From NCBI GenBank assembly GCA_965203445.1, contig OZ241883.1, positions 800,001-864,000 of the forward strand: a stretch of DNA of 64,000 nucleotides, read 5' to 3'. Of this stretch, positions 37,590-50,700 are shown in pieces. The notes under the pieces were generated by a model. That model saw nothing but the letters and a program-made list of their open reading frames with translations, was not told where the DNA came from and did no database searches. Source of the stretch: Candidatus Oxydemutator sp. (GTDB taxonomy: Bacteria; Pseudomonadota; Gammaproteobacteria; Poriferisulfidales; Oxydemutatoraceae). The position numbers were made by a program, and so were the translations under genes. The stretch's first letter is position 1, and each line of letters opens with the position of its first letter.

Positions 37590-38711
37590 ATGAATGAAAA
37601 ACACAACGTCGAACAATGGCTGACGCTGAATCGCGCGCCGGGCGTAGGCCCCAGACGGTTTCTCGAGCTGCTGGAGCATTGCGGCGGCATCGGCGGCGTG
37701 TTCGAGGACGGCGCGCGCGCCGGGCTTTCGGACGAGACGATCCGCTTTCTGCGCGCGCCCGAGCGGGCGCCGATAGAAGCCGACCTCGAGTGGTTGCGCG
37801 AACCTGGGCACAGCCTCGTGACGTTCGCCGACCAAGACTATCCGAAACAGCTGCGGCAGCTGAAGGACGCGCCGCCGCTGTTGTTCGTAAAAGGCGACGC
37901 GGCGCTGCTGGGCGACCCGCAGATCGCCGTCGTCGGCGCGCGCGGGCCGACGCCCGCCGGGCGCGACTTGGCGCGCTGCCTGGCCCGCGACCTCGCGCAG
38001 AGCGGCATGCTCGTGACCAGTGGTCTCGCGCGTGGCATAGACACCGCCTCCCACCAGGGCGCGCTCGACGCCGGGCATCCCACCGTCGCGGTGATTGCGA
38101 CCGGGCCGGACTTGATCTATCCGGCGGAGAACAAATCGCTGGCGCAGGCGATCGCCGAACGCGGCGCGCTGGTATCCGAGTTCGCGTGCGGCACGCCGCC
38201 GCTCGCGGCGCATTTCCCGCGCCGCAACCGGATCATCAGCGGTCTGGCGCTCGGCGTGCTCGTGATCGAGGCCGGCGAGCGTAGCGGTTCGCTGATCACC
38301 GCACGCCTTGCCGGCGAGCAGGGACGCGAGGTGTTCGCGGTGCCCGGTTCGCCGCGCAACCCCATGGCCAGGGGCTGCCACCGCCTGATCCGGCAGGGCG
38401 CGACCCTGGTCGAGAACGCGCGCGACGTGCTGGCCGAGTTGCAGCCGCAAATCCGCGGCTTGTTGAAGCGCGATCAACCGGCGGACGCGGCAGCGACGGG
38501 GGGACGCGCGCCGGCGACGGACACCGGGGACAACGTGCTCGACGCCGAACACCTGGCGCTGCTCGAGCAGGTCGGCTTCGAACAAGTGACGGTGGACGCG
38601 CTGGTCGAGCGCAGCGGCCTGCCGGTACAGCAGGTGTCGGCGATGCTGTTGATGCTGGAGCTGGAAGGCTACGTCGCCTCCGGCGGCGGCTTTTATCAGC
38701 GCCTCAGATAG
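37590..38711 (+). CDS. dprA: DNA processing protein DprA/Smf
   Basis: YPKQL...DAPPLLFVKG, IAVVGAR, VTSGLARGID..SH.GAL, FPRRNRIISGL, SGSLITA, GREVFAVPG; C-terminal wHTH. Confidence 0.96.
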   Translation: MNEKHNVEQWLTLNRAPGVGPRRFLELLEHCGGIGGVFEDGARAGLSDETIRFLRAPERAPIEADLEWLREPGHSLVTFADQDYPKQLRQLKDAPPLLFVKGDAALLGDPQIAVVGARGPTPAGRDLARCLARDLAQSGMLVTSGLARGIDTASHQGALDAGHPTVAVIATGPDLIYPAENKSLAQAIAERGALVSEFACGTPPLAAHFPRRNRIISGLALGVLVIEAGERSGSLITARLAGEQGREVFAVPGSPRNPMARGCHRLIRQGATLVENARDVLAELQPQIRGLLKRDQPADAAATGGRAPATDTGDNVLDAEHLALLEQVGFEQVTVDALVERSGLPVQQVSAMLLMLELEGYVASGGGFYQRLR

Positions 38712-38790
38712 CGCCCCACCTTAGGCGACGCCTCGGGAGGCCACCGAGGACGACGCGGGCGCCGGCTTCCAGGCAGCCCGCGCACAACGC

Positions 38791-41700
38791 TCAGGGGGCC
38801 GGGAAGCAGAGCGCGCAGTCGGGAATGGAGAGGGCGCCGTTCTGTATGATACGGAATTGATCCGCCGAGAGAACGTCGCCGTCAAAGTCCACGTCGGCAT
38901 CAATGACGTAGGAACCCGCGGCATCGGGAACGGCGTAATGGACGCCGCCGATAGCCGTCAGGTTGTGGACGCGAATAAACGCCTCGTCGGCAGCGTTGAT
39001 CCTGCCGTCTCGGTTGACGTCGCCGGCATACATCACGAACTCACCATTCGGCAAGGCCCGCTGACGATCCAGGTACGCCTGCTCGGTCCTGAAGTCCGCG
39101 CAATAGGCCGCCGCGTCGTCGGCACAACGCGCCAGCGCGGCCGCGGACATCACCGACAGATGGTTGCGGTGGTGTATCAGCACGTATAAATCCGGCGCCC
39201 GGTCGTCTATCACCACGCCAAAACGCACGTCCCCGCCGCGTATGACCCGATCCACGCCGACGACGTCGCCGTTGCTCAAAAGCAACGCCGCCTGCTTGCC
39301 CAGCGAGGTCGAAGTGGTGGCCGCAGAAGCACCGGCACCGCCGGCCGTCGCCCGCAGCTCGACCAACACCCAATCCACTATCGGCGCGGACACCGTCGAC
39401 GGCACGCTCGCCGCAGCCGCGCTCCACGGCGACGACCGATACGGCTGGCTCGCCGGCAGGTAGCTCCTATACGTGGTCTTCATCGGACGCCCGATGCCGT
39501 ACGCACCCTGCAAATATGCGCCGACGCGTATCGTCGCCCCCACCACGTCTTCGTCACGCACGATCAACGTTACCGAGTCCGCGCTTACAATCGAATAGTA
39601 GCCGCTTACCTCGTGGCTCAACGTGACCACCTCGTCGTCCACCGTTGCGTCGCCCGCCACGGACACCGTGACCGATTGCGACGTACGCCAGTTCGACGTC
39701 GTGAAGGTCAGCGTAGAGGCCGACACGCTCACGTCCTCGTTGTCGCTCCTTACGGTAATCGTCACGTCGCCTTGCGGCGCCTCGGTCAGCACCATCCTGT
39801 AGGTCGCCGTGGCGCCCTCCGACAATTCCAGCCTGGTCGGGTTCACGAACACGTGGGCATAGCGCACCGCAACAACCACCGTGTCGGTGTCCGAATACTC
39901 CCCGCGCGCGTCCTGCACGCGCAACGAGAACACCAGGTCCGCATCGACGTTCCCCGGCAGTTGCAGCGGCGTCGTGAAGGTCGGCGCCACCGCGGACGCG
40001 TCGCTCAACGTGACTCCCGGGCCGCTGGTCTGGCTCCAGCTATACGTCAGATCCTCGTCCTCGGGGTCGGAACTGCGGCTGCCGTCCAGGAACACCAACA
40101 CACCTTTGTCCACCACCTGATCGTCCCCGGCATCCGCCGTCGGCGCGTCGTTCGCACCCGGACGCACCGTGACCACCACCGTGTTCGTCGTCTGACCGCT
40201 CAACTGCCGTTCCACGGGCGACGACAGTCCGCGCGTGTCCGACACCACCAGCACGAACGTCAGGGTCTCGCTACTCGCCAACTGCACTGGTGCCGTGAAC
40301 GTCGCGCTGCGCATCCCGGCGCCGTGCAGTGTCACCATACTGCCGCTGACCTGACGCCAGCCGTACGTCAGAACCTCTCTCTCCGGATCGCTGCTGCCGA
40401 CGCCGTCCAACGTTACCACGTCGCCCTCGTCCACTACCTGATCGGCGCCCGCGTCCGCCGTCGGCGCGTCGTTTTCGCCCGGACGCACCGTGATCACCAC
40501 CAGGTTCCTCGTCATGCCGTCAAACTGCGCTTCCACGGGCGACGACAGACCGCGCACGTCCGACACCACCAGCACGAACGCAAGGGTCTCGCTACTCGCC
40601 AACTGTAGCGGCGCCGTGAACGTCGCGCTGCGCATCCCGGCACCGCGCAACGTCACCTGGCTGCCGCTGATCTGACGCCAGCCATACGTCAGATCCTCTC
40701 TCTCCGGATCGCTGCTGCCGACACCGTCCAGCGTTACCACGTCGCCCTCGTCCACCACCTGATCGGCGCCCGCGTCCGCCGTCGGCGCGTCGTTCTCGCC
40801 CGGACGCACCGTGACCACCACCGTGTTCGTCGTCCTGTCGGCAAACCGCGCTTCCCGTGGCGATGACAAACCGCGCGTGTCCGACACCACCAGCACGAAC
40901 GAAAGGGTCTCACTGCTCGCCAACTGTAGCGGCGCCGTGAACGTCGCACTGCGCATCCCGGCACCGCGCAACGTCACCTGGCTGCCGCTGACCTGACGCC
41001 AACCATACGTCAGATCCTCTCTCTCCGGATCGCTGCTGCCTACGCCGTCCAGCGTTACCACGTCGCCCTCGTCCACCACCTGATCGGCGCCCGCGTCCGC
41101 CGTCGGCGCGTCGTTCTCGCCCGGCAACACCTCGACCGACACCTCGGCAGACGAACTCGCATTGCGCCGATCCGTCGCCGTCAGCCGGAATACCAGCGTC
41201 GCCGTCTCCGCCAACTGCACCGGCGCCGTGAACGTCGCCACCGACGACGTCGGCTCGCCCAGCCCCACGTCAATACCGCCAATCTGTTCCCATCTATACG
41301 ACAGACGGCCACCATCGGTGTCCGTCGCACTGCCGCGCAACGTGACCTCGGCACCTTCGGCAACCACTTGATCGGAACCGGCATCCACCATCGGCGGCGT
41401 GTTGACGCCCAACTCCACATAGACCACCAAGTCATCGGTCGTCGCGGCACCGCGCTCGTCCGTAACACGCAACGCAAACGCTATCTCCGTCGCCGCACTC
41501 AAACCCGTCGGCACCACAAAGCTCACAGTCCTCGACGACGCATCGCTCAACGTAACGCCCAGCACCTCCGCACCGCTGGTCTGACTCCACCGATACCTCA
41601 ACTCCTCGCCCTCAGGATCATAGGCGCTGCCGCGCAATACCACCACGTCGCCCTCGCCCGCAAGCAGATCATCGCCCGCGTCCACCACCGGCGCGTCGTT

Positions 41701-44700
41701 CGCTCCCGGTCGCACCGTGATCACCACCGTGTTCGTTGTCCGATCGCTCAACTGCCGTTCCACGGGCGACGACAAACCGCGCGTGTCCGTCGCCACCAGC
41801 ACGAACGTCAGGGTCTCGCTGCTCGCCAACTGCACCGGCGCCAGGAACGTCGTGCTGCGCGCCCCGGCGTCGCGCAACGACACCTGACTGCCGCTGATCT
41901 GACGCCAGCCATACACCAGCATCTCGTTCTCCGGATCGCTGCCATCGCCGGCCAGCGTCACCACGTCGCCCTCGTCCACCACCTGATCGGCACCCGCGTC
42001 CGCCGTCGGCGCGTCGTTCTCGCCCGGTCGCACCGTGACCACCACCGTGTTTGTCGTCATACCGGCATACTGCGCTTCCCTAGGCGACGCCAAGCCGCGC
42101 GTGTCCGACACCACCAGCACGAACGTCAGGGTCTCGCTACTCACCAACTGCACCGGCGCCGCGAACGTCGTGCGACGCGCTCCGGCCCCGTGCAACGTCA
42201 CCGTACTGCCGCTGACCTGACGCCAGCCATACACCAGCGACTCTCCCTCCGGATCCCTGCTGCCAACGCCGTCCAGCGCTACCACGTCGCCCTCGGACAC
42301 TATCTGGTCAGCGCCCGCGTTCGCCGTCGGCGCGTCGTTCACGCCGGCCTGCACCGTGATCACCACGACCACGGGGGCTGCATTACCGCCCCGATCATCG
42401 TTCACATACAACGTGAACTCCAAATCCTCGTCGTTGACCAACTGCGTCGGCGCCGTGAACGTCGTACGCCTGCTTTCGCCAAACCCCTCCAGATTCACAA
42501 AGTAAGACCTGAGCGGATTGCTGCCGGCTCCGGTTTGACTCCAGAAATACCTCAGCGCATCGCCTTCCGGATCGCGCGCGCTGCCGATCAGAACCACCAC
42601 GGCGCCCTCGGACACCACCTGATCAAGCCCGGCGTCCACCTCCGGCGCGTCGTTCGGGCCGGCGCGCACCGTGATCTCCACCGTGTTCGTCGTGTCATCA
42701 CCCGACTGCGCTTCCCTAGGCGACGACAAGCCGCGCACGTCCGACACCACCAGCACGAACGCAAGGGTCTCGTCACTCCTCAACTGCACCGGCGCCGCGA
42801 ACGTCGTCGTTACCGACAGCGCGTTCGTCAGCGTGACGCTCCTGCCGCCGATCTGACGCCAGCCATACCTCAGCATCTCTCTCTCCGGATCGCTGCTGCC
42901 GGTGCCGTCCAGCGTTACCACGTCGCCCTCGTCCACCACCTGATCGGCGCCCGCGTCCGCCATCGGCGCGTCGTTCTCGCCCGGTCGCACCGTGACCACC
43001 ACCGTGTTCGTCGTCCTGTCAGCATACTGCGCTTCCACGGGCGACGACAAACCGCGCGTGTCCGACACCACCAGCACGAACGTCAGGGTCTCGCTACTCG
43101 CCAACTGTACCGGCGCCGTGAACGTCGCGCTGCGCATCCCGGCGCCGCGCAACACCACCTGGCTGCCGCTGACCTGACGCCAGCCATACGTCAGATCCTC
43201 TCTCTCCGGATCGCTGCTGCCGACACCGTCCAGCGTTACCACGTCGCCCTCGTCCACCACCTGATCGGCGCCCGCGTCCGCCGTCGGCGCGTCGTTCTCG
43301 CCCGGTCGCACCGTGACCGCCACCAGGTTCCCCGTCATGCCGTCATACTGCGCTTCCACGGGCGACGACAGGCCGCGCGTATCCGACACCACCAGCACGA
43401 ACGCAAGGGTCTCGCTACTCGCCAACTGCACCGGCGCCGTGAACGTCGCGCTGCGCATCCCGGCGCCGCGCAACGTCACCTGGCTGCCGCTGACCTGACG
43501 CCAGCCATACGTCAGATCCTCTCTCTCCGGATCGCTGCTGCCGACACCATCCAGCGTTACCACGTCGCCCTCGTCCACCACCTGATCGGCGCCCGCGTCC
43601 GCCGTCGGCGCGTCGTTCTCGCCCGGGCGCACCGTGACCACCACCAAGTTCGACGTCCTGTCGGCATACTGCGCTTCCACGGGCGACGACAGACCGCGCG
43701 TGTCCGACACCACCAGCACGAACGCAAGAGTCTCGCTACTCACCAACTGTACCGGCGCCGTGAACGTCGCGCTGCGCATCCCGGCGCCGCGCAACGTCAC
43801 CTGGCTGCCGCTGACCTGACGCCAGCCATACGTCAGATCCTCTCTCTCCGGATCGCTGCTGCCTACGCCGTCCAGCGTTACCACCTCGCCCTCGTCCACC
43901 ACCTGATCGGCGCCCGCGTCCGCCACCGGCGCGTCGTTCTCGCCCGGTCGCACCGTGACCACCACCGTGTTCGTCGTCTGACCGCTCAACTGCCGTTCCA
44001 CGGGCGACGACAGACCGCGCGTGTCCGACACCACCAGCACGAACGCAAGAGTCTCGCTACTCGCCAACTGTAGCGGCGCCGTGAACGTCGCGCTGCGCAT
44101 CCCGGCGCCGTGCAACACCACCTGGCTGCCGCTGATCTGACGCCAGCCATACGTCAGATCCTCTCTCTCCGGATCGCTGCTGCCTACGCCGTCCAGCGTG
44201 ACCACGTCGCCCTCGTCCACCACCTGATCGGCGCCCGCGTCCGCCACCGGCGCGTCGTTCTCGCCCGCTCGCACCGTGACTACCGCCAGGTTCGTCGTCC
44301 TGCCGTCAAACTGCGCTTCCGCGGGCGACGACAGACCGCGCACGTCCGACACCACCAGCACGAACGCAAGGGTCTCGCTACTTACCAACTGCACCGGCGC
44401 CGTGAACGTCGCGCTGCGCATCCCGGCACCGCGCAACGTCACCCGGCTGCCGCTGATCTGACGCCAGCCATACGTCAGATCCTCTCTCTCCGGATCACTG
44501 CTACCAACGCCGTCCAGCGTCACCACGTCGCCCTCGTCCACCACCTGATCGGCGCCCGCGTCCGCCGTCGGCGCGTCGTTCTCGCCCGGCAACACCTCGA
44601 CCGACACCTCGGCAGACGAACTCGCATTGCGCCGGTCCGTCGCCGTCAGACGGAATACCAGCGTCGCCGTCTCCGCCAACTGCACCGGCGCCCTGAAACT

Positions 44701-47700
44701 CGCCCTATCCGTCGTCGGCTCGCCCAACCCTACGTCAATACCGCCCGTCTGTTCCCATCTATACGACAGACGGCCGCCATCGGTGTCCGTCGCACTGCCG
44801 CGCAACGTGACCTCCGCACCTTCATCCACCACTTGATCCGAACCGGCATCCACCATCGGCGGCGTGTTGACCCCCAACTCCACATAGACCACCAAATCAT
44901 CGGTCGTCGCCGCATCGCGCTCGTCCGTAACACGCAACGCAAACGCTATCTCCGTCGCCGAACTCAAACCCGTCGGTATCACAAAGCTCGTAATCCTCGA
45001 CGACGCATCGCTCAACGCAACTCCCAGCACCTCCGCACCGCTGGTCTGACTCCACCGATACCTCAACTCCTCGCCCTCAGGATCATAGGCGCTGCCGCGC
45101 AATACCACCACGTCGCCCTCGCCCGCAAGCAGATCATCGCCCGCGTCCACCACCGGCGCGTCGTTCGCGCCCGCGCGCACCGTGACCACCACCGTGTTCG
45201 TCGTCTGACCAGCATACTGCGCCTCCACGGGCGACGACAAACCGCGCACGTCCGACACCACCAGCACGAACGTCAGGGTCTCGTCGCTCACCAACTGCTC
45301 CGGCGCCACAAACGTCGTGCTGCGCGCTCCGGCGTCGTGCAACGACACCTGACTGCCGCTGACCTGACGCCAGCCATACACCAGCATCTCGTTCTCCGGA
45401 TCGCTGCTGCCTGCGCCGTCCAGCGTCACCACCGCGCCCTCGTCCACCATCTGATCGGCGCCCGCGTTCGCCGTCGGCGCGTCGTTCTCGCCCGGGCGCA
45501 CCGCGACCGACACCGTGGCCGTGCCCACCGCGTCGCGCTCGTCCGTTACCGTCAACTCGAACACCAGCGTCGCCGTCTCCGCCAACTGCACCGGCGCCGT
45601 GAACGTCGCGGTGGCCGTGGCGGTGGTCATGGCGCCTATCGTCGCTCCCGTCAGCGCAACTCGACCGCCGCCGACCTGACGCCAGCCATAGCTCAACTCC
45701 TCTCTCTCCGGATCGTCGCTGCCGTCGCCGTCCAGCGTTACCATCTCGCCCTCGCCCACCACCTGATCATCGCCCGCGTCCGCCAACGGCGCGTCGTTCT
45801 CGCCCGCGCGCACCGTGATCACCACCGTGTTCGTCGTCTGACCGCTCAACTGCCGCTCCCTCGGCGACGACAGTCCCCGCGTGTCCGTCACCACCAGCAC
45901 GAACGTCAGGGTCTCGCTATTCACCAGCTGCTCCGGCGCCACAAACGTCGTGCTGCGCGCCCCGGCGTCGTGCAACGACACCTGGCTGCCGTCGACCTGA
46001 CGCCAGCCATACGTCAGATCCTCTCTCTCTGGATCACTGCTGCCTGCGCCGTCCAGCGTTACCACCTCGCCCTCGTCCACCATCTGATCATCGCCCGCAT
46101 CCGCCGTCGGCGCATCGTTCTCGCCCGGTCGCACCGCGACCGACACCTCGGCAGACGAACTCGCATTGCGCCGGTCCGTCGCCGTCAGACGGAACACCAG
46201 CGTCGCCGTCTCCGCCAACTGCACCGGCGCCCTGAAACTCGCCCTATTCGTCGTCGGTTCGCCCAGCCCCACGTCAATACCGCCAATCTGTTCCCATCTA
46301 TACGACAGACGGCCACCCTCGGTGTCCGTCGCACTGCCGCGCAACGTGACCTCCGCACCTTCGTCCACCACTTGATCCGAACCGGCATCCACCACCGGCG
46401 GCGTGTTGACCCCCAACTCCACATAGACCACCAAATCATCGGTCGTCGCGGCACCGCGCTCGTCCGTAACACGCAACGCAAACGCTATCTCCGTCGCCGA
46501 ACTCAAACCCGTCGGTATCACAAAGCTCGTAATCCTCGACGACGCATCGCTCAACGCAACTCCCAGCACCTCCGCACCGCTGGTCTGACTCCACCGATAC
46601 CTCAACTCCTCGTCCTCAGGATCATAGGCGCTGCCGCGCAGCACCACCACGTCGCCCTCGCCAGCAAGCAGATTATCGCCCGCGTCCACCACCGGCGCGT
46701 CGTTCGCTCCCGCTCGCACTTCGACCACTACCGTGTCCGTGTCCGTCGCCCCGCGCGCGTCCGCCACCGTCAACTCGAACACCAGCGTCGCCGTCTCCAC
46801 CAACTGCTCCGGCGCCGTGAACGTCGTGGTGGTCACGGCGCCTATCGTCGCTCCCGTCAGCGTCACTCGACCGCCGCCGATCTGACGCCAGCCATACGTC
46901 AGATCCTCTCTCTCTGGATCACTGCTGCCATCGCCGTCCAGCGTTACCAGTCCGCCCTCGTCCACCACCTGATCATCACCCGCGTCCGCCACCGGCGCGT
47001 CGTTCTCGCCCGCGCGCACCGTCACCACCACCGTCGCCGTCGTCGAAACCGCACCACGCGTGTCCGTTACACGCAGCGCAAACTCCAATTCCTCATCCGA
47101 CACCAACTGCACCGGCGCCGTGAAACTCGCGGTTACCGACATCGCGTTCGTCAGCGTAACGCGCACGCCCCGGGTCTGACTCCAGACATACACCAGCGCT
47201 TCTTTCTCCGGATCGTTACTGGCGTCGCCGTCCAGTATCACCACCGCGCCCTCGTCCACCACCTGATCATCGCCCGCGTCCGCCACCGGCGCGTCGTTCG
47301 CGCCCGGGCGCACCGTGATCACCACCGTGTTCGTCGTCCGATCGCTCAACTGCCGCTCCGCAGGCGACGACAGTCCGCGCGTGTCCGTCGCCACCAGCAC
47401 GAACGTCAGGGTCTCGCTGCTCACCAACTGCACCGGCGCCACAAACGTCGTGCTGCGCGCCCCGGCGTCGTACAACGACACCTGACTGCCGCTGATCTGA
47501 CGCCAGCCATACACCAGCATCTCGTCCTCCGGATCGCTGCCCGCGCCGGCCAGCGTCACCACGTCGCCCTCGTCCACCACCTGATCGGCGCCCGCGTCCG
47601 CCACCGGCGCGTCATTCTCGCCCGGAACCACCTCGACCACCACCGTGGCCGTGCCCGTCGCGTCGCGCGCGTCCGTTACCGTCAACTCGAACACCAGCGT

Positions 47701-50700
47701 CGCCGTCTCCGCCAACTGCGTCGGCGCCATGAACGTCGCAGTGGTCCTGGAGCCTATCGTCGCTCCCGTCAGCGTCACTCGATCGCCGCCGATTTGACGC
47801 CAGCCATACCTCAACTCCTCTCTCTCCGGATCCCTGCTGGCTACGCCGTCCAGCGCCACCATCTCGCCCTCGTCCACCACCTGATTGGCACCCGCATCCG
47901 CCGTCGGCGCATCGTTCGCGCCCGGGCGCACCGTGATCACCACCGTGTTCGTCGTCTGATCACTCAACTGACGATCCCTCGGCGACGACAGTCCGCGCGT
48001 GTCCGTCGCCACCAGCACGAACGTCAGGGTCTCGCTGCTCACCAACTGCACCGGCGCTTTGAACGTCGTGCTGCGCGCCCCGGCGTCGTGCAACGACACC
48101 TGACTGCCGCTGATCTGACGCCAGCCATACACCAGCATCTCGTCCTCCGGATCGCTGCCCGCGCCGGCCAGCGTCACCACGTCGCCCTCGTCCACCACCT
48201 GATCATCGCCCGCGTCCGCCGTCGGCGCGTCGTTCTCGCCCGGAACCACCTCGACCGACACCGTGTCCGTGCCCGTCGCGTCGCGCGCGTCCGTTACCGT
48301 CAACTCGAACACCAGCGTCGCCGTCTCCGCCAACTGCGTCGGCGCCGTGAACGTCGCGGTTACCGACATCGCGTTCGTCAGCGTGACTCCCCTGCCGCCG
48401 ACCTGACGCCAGTCATACCTCAACTCCTCTCTCTCCGGATCCCTGCTGGCTACGCCGTCCAGCGTCACCATCCCGCCCTCGTCCACCACCTGATCATCAC
48501 CCGCGTCCGCTATCGGCGCATCGTTCGCGCCCGGACGCACCGTGATCACCACCGTGTTCGTCGTATCATCGCTCAACTGCCGCTCCGCAGGCGACGACAG
48601 ACCGCGCGTGTCCGTCGCCACCAGCACGAACGTCAGGGTCTCGCTGCTCACCAACTGCACCGGCGCTTGGAACGTCGTGCTGCGCGCCCCGGCGTCGTGC
48701 AACGACACCTGACTGCCGCTGATCTGACGCCAGCCATACACCAGCACCTCGTCCTCCGGATCGCTGCCAACCCCGTCCAGCGTCACCACCTCGCCCTCGT
48801 CCACCACCTGGTCGGCGCCCGCGTCCGCCGTCGGCGCGTCGTTCTCGCCCGCGCGCACCGTCACCACCACCGTCGCCGTCGTCGAACCCGCACCACGCGT
48901 GTCCGTTACACGCAGCGCAAACTCCAACTCCTCATCCGACACCAACTGCGACGGCGCCGTGAAACTCGCGGTTACCGACTGCGCGTTCGTCAGCGCAACG
49001 CGCACACCCCGGGTCTGACTCCAGACATACGCAAGCGCTTCTTTCTCCGGATCGCTGCTGGCGCCGCCGTCCAGTATCACCACCGCGCCCTCGGACACCA
49101 CCTGCGCAACACCGGCGTCCGCCGTCGGCGCGTCGTTCGCCCCCGCTCGCACCGTGATCATCACCGTGTTCGTCGCGTTCACCCCGCTCACGCTCCGACC
49201 CCGTATCCGAGAACGCGTCGAAGACTCGCCGCGCTCGTCCGTCGCCACCAGCAGAAACTCCAATACCTCGTCTTCCACCAGCTGCGACGGCGCCGTGAAC
49301 GTCGCCACCGCCGACTGCGCGCTCGTCAGTGTGACCCTCCTGCCCACGGTCTGGCTCCAGCGATACCTCAACGTCTCCCTCTCCAGATCGCTGCCGACGC
49401 CGCTCAAAACCACCACCGCGCTCTCCGATACGACCTGATCCTCCCCGACCCGCACCGTCGGCGCATCGTTCTCGCCCGGCACCACCTCGACCACCACCGT
49501 GGCCGTGCCCACCGCGTCGCGCGCGTCCGTTACCGTCAACTCGAACACCAGCGTCGCCGTCTCCGCCAACTGCTCCGGCGCCGTGAACGTCGTGGTTACC
49601 GACATCGCGTTCGTCAGCGTGACCCCCCTGCCGCCGACCTGACGCCAGCCATACCTCAACTCCTCTCTCTCCGGATCCCTGCTGGCTACGCCGTCCAGCG
49701 TCACCATCTCGCCCTCGTCCACCACCTGATTGGCGCCCGCGTCCGCCAACGGTGCGTCGTTCTCGCCCGGGCGCACCGTGATCACCACCGTATTCGTCGT
49801 ATCATCGCTCAACTGCCGCTCCGCAGGCGACGACAACCCCCGCGTGTCCGTCGCCACCAGCACGAACGTCAGGGTCTCGCTGCTCGCCAACTGCACCGGC
49901 GCCAGGAACGTCGTGCTGCGCGCCCCGGCGTCGTGCAACGACACCTGACTGCCGCTGATCTGGCGCCAGCCATACACCAGCATCTCGTTCTCCGGATCGC
50001 TGCCCGCGCCGGCCAGCGTCACCACCTCGCCCTCGTCCACCACTTGGTCGGCGCCCGCGTCCGCCACCGGCGCGTCGTTCTCGCCCGGGCGCACCGTGAT
50101 CACCACCGTGTTCGTCGTCCGATCGCTCAACTGCCGTCCCACGGGCGACGACAAACCCCGCGTGTCCGTCGCCACCAGCACGAACGTCAGGGTCTCGCTG
50201 CTCACCAACTGCACCGGCGCCACAAACGTCGTGCTGCGCGCCCCGGCGTCGTGCAACGACACCTGACTGCCGCTGATCTGACGCCAGCCATACACCAGCA
50301 TCTCGTCCTCCGGATCGCTGCCCGCGCCGGCCAGCGTCACCACGTCGCCCTCGTCCACCACCTGATCGGCGCCCGCGTCCGCCGTCGGCGCGTCGTTCGG
50401 CCCCGGCAACACCTCGACCGTCACCTCGTCCGACGAACTCGCATTGCGTACGTCCGTCACCGTAAGCCTGAACACCAGCGTCGCCGTCTCCGCCAACTGC
50501 ACCGGCGCCGTGAAACTCGTGTTATCCGTCGTCGGCTCGCCCAACCCCACGTCGCGACCGCCGGTCTGTTCCCACCTATACGCCAAAACACCGCCCTCGG
50601 TGTCTCTCGCTCCGCCGCTCAATCGTACCGTTTCCCCTTCGCCAACCACTTGGTCAAGGCCCGCCTCCGCCACCGGCGGCGTGTTGGCTCCCAACTCCAC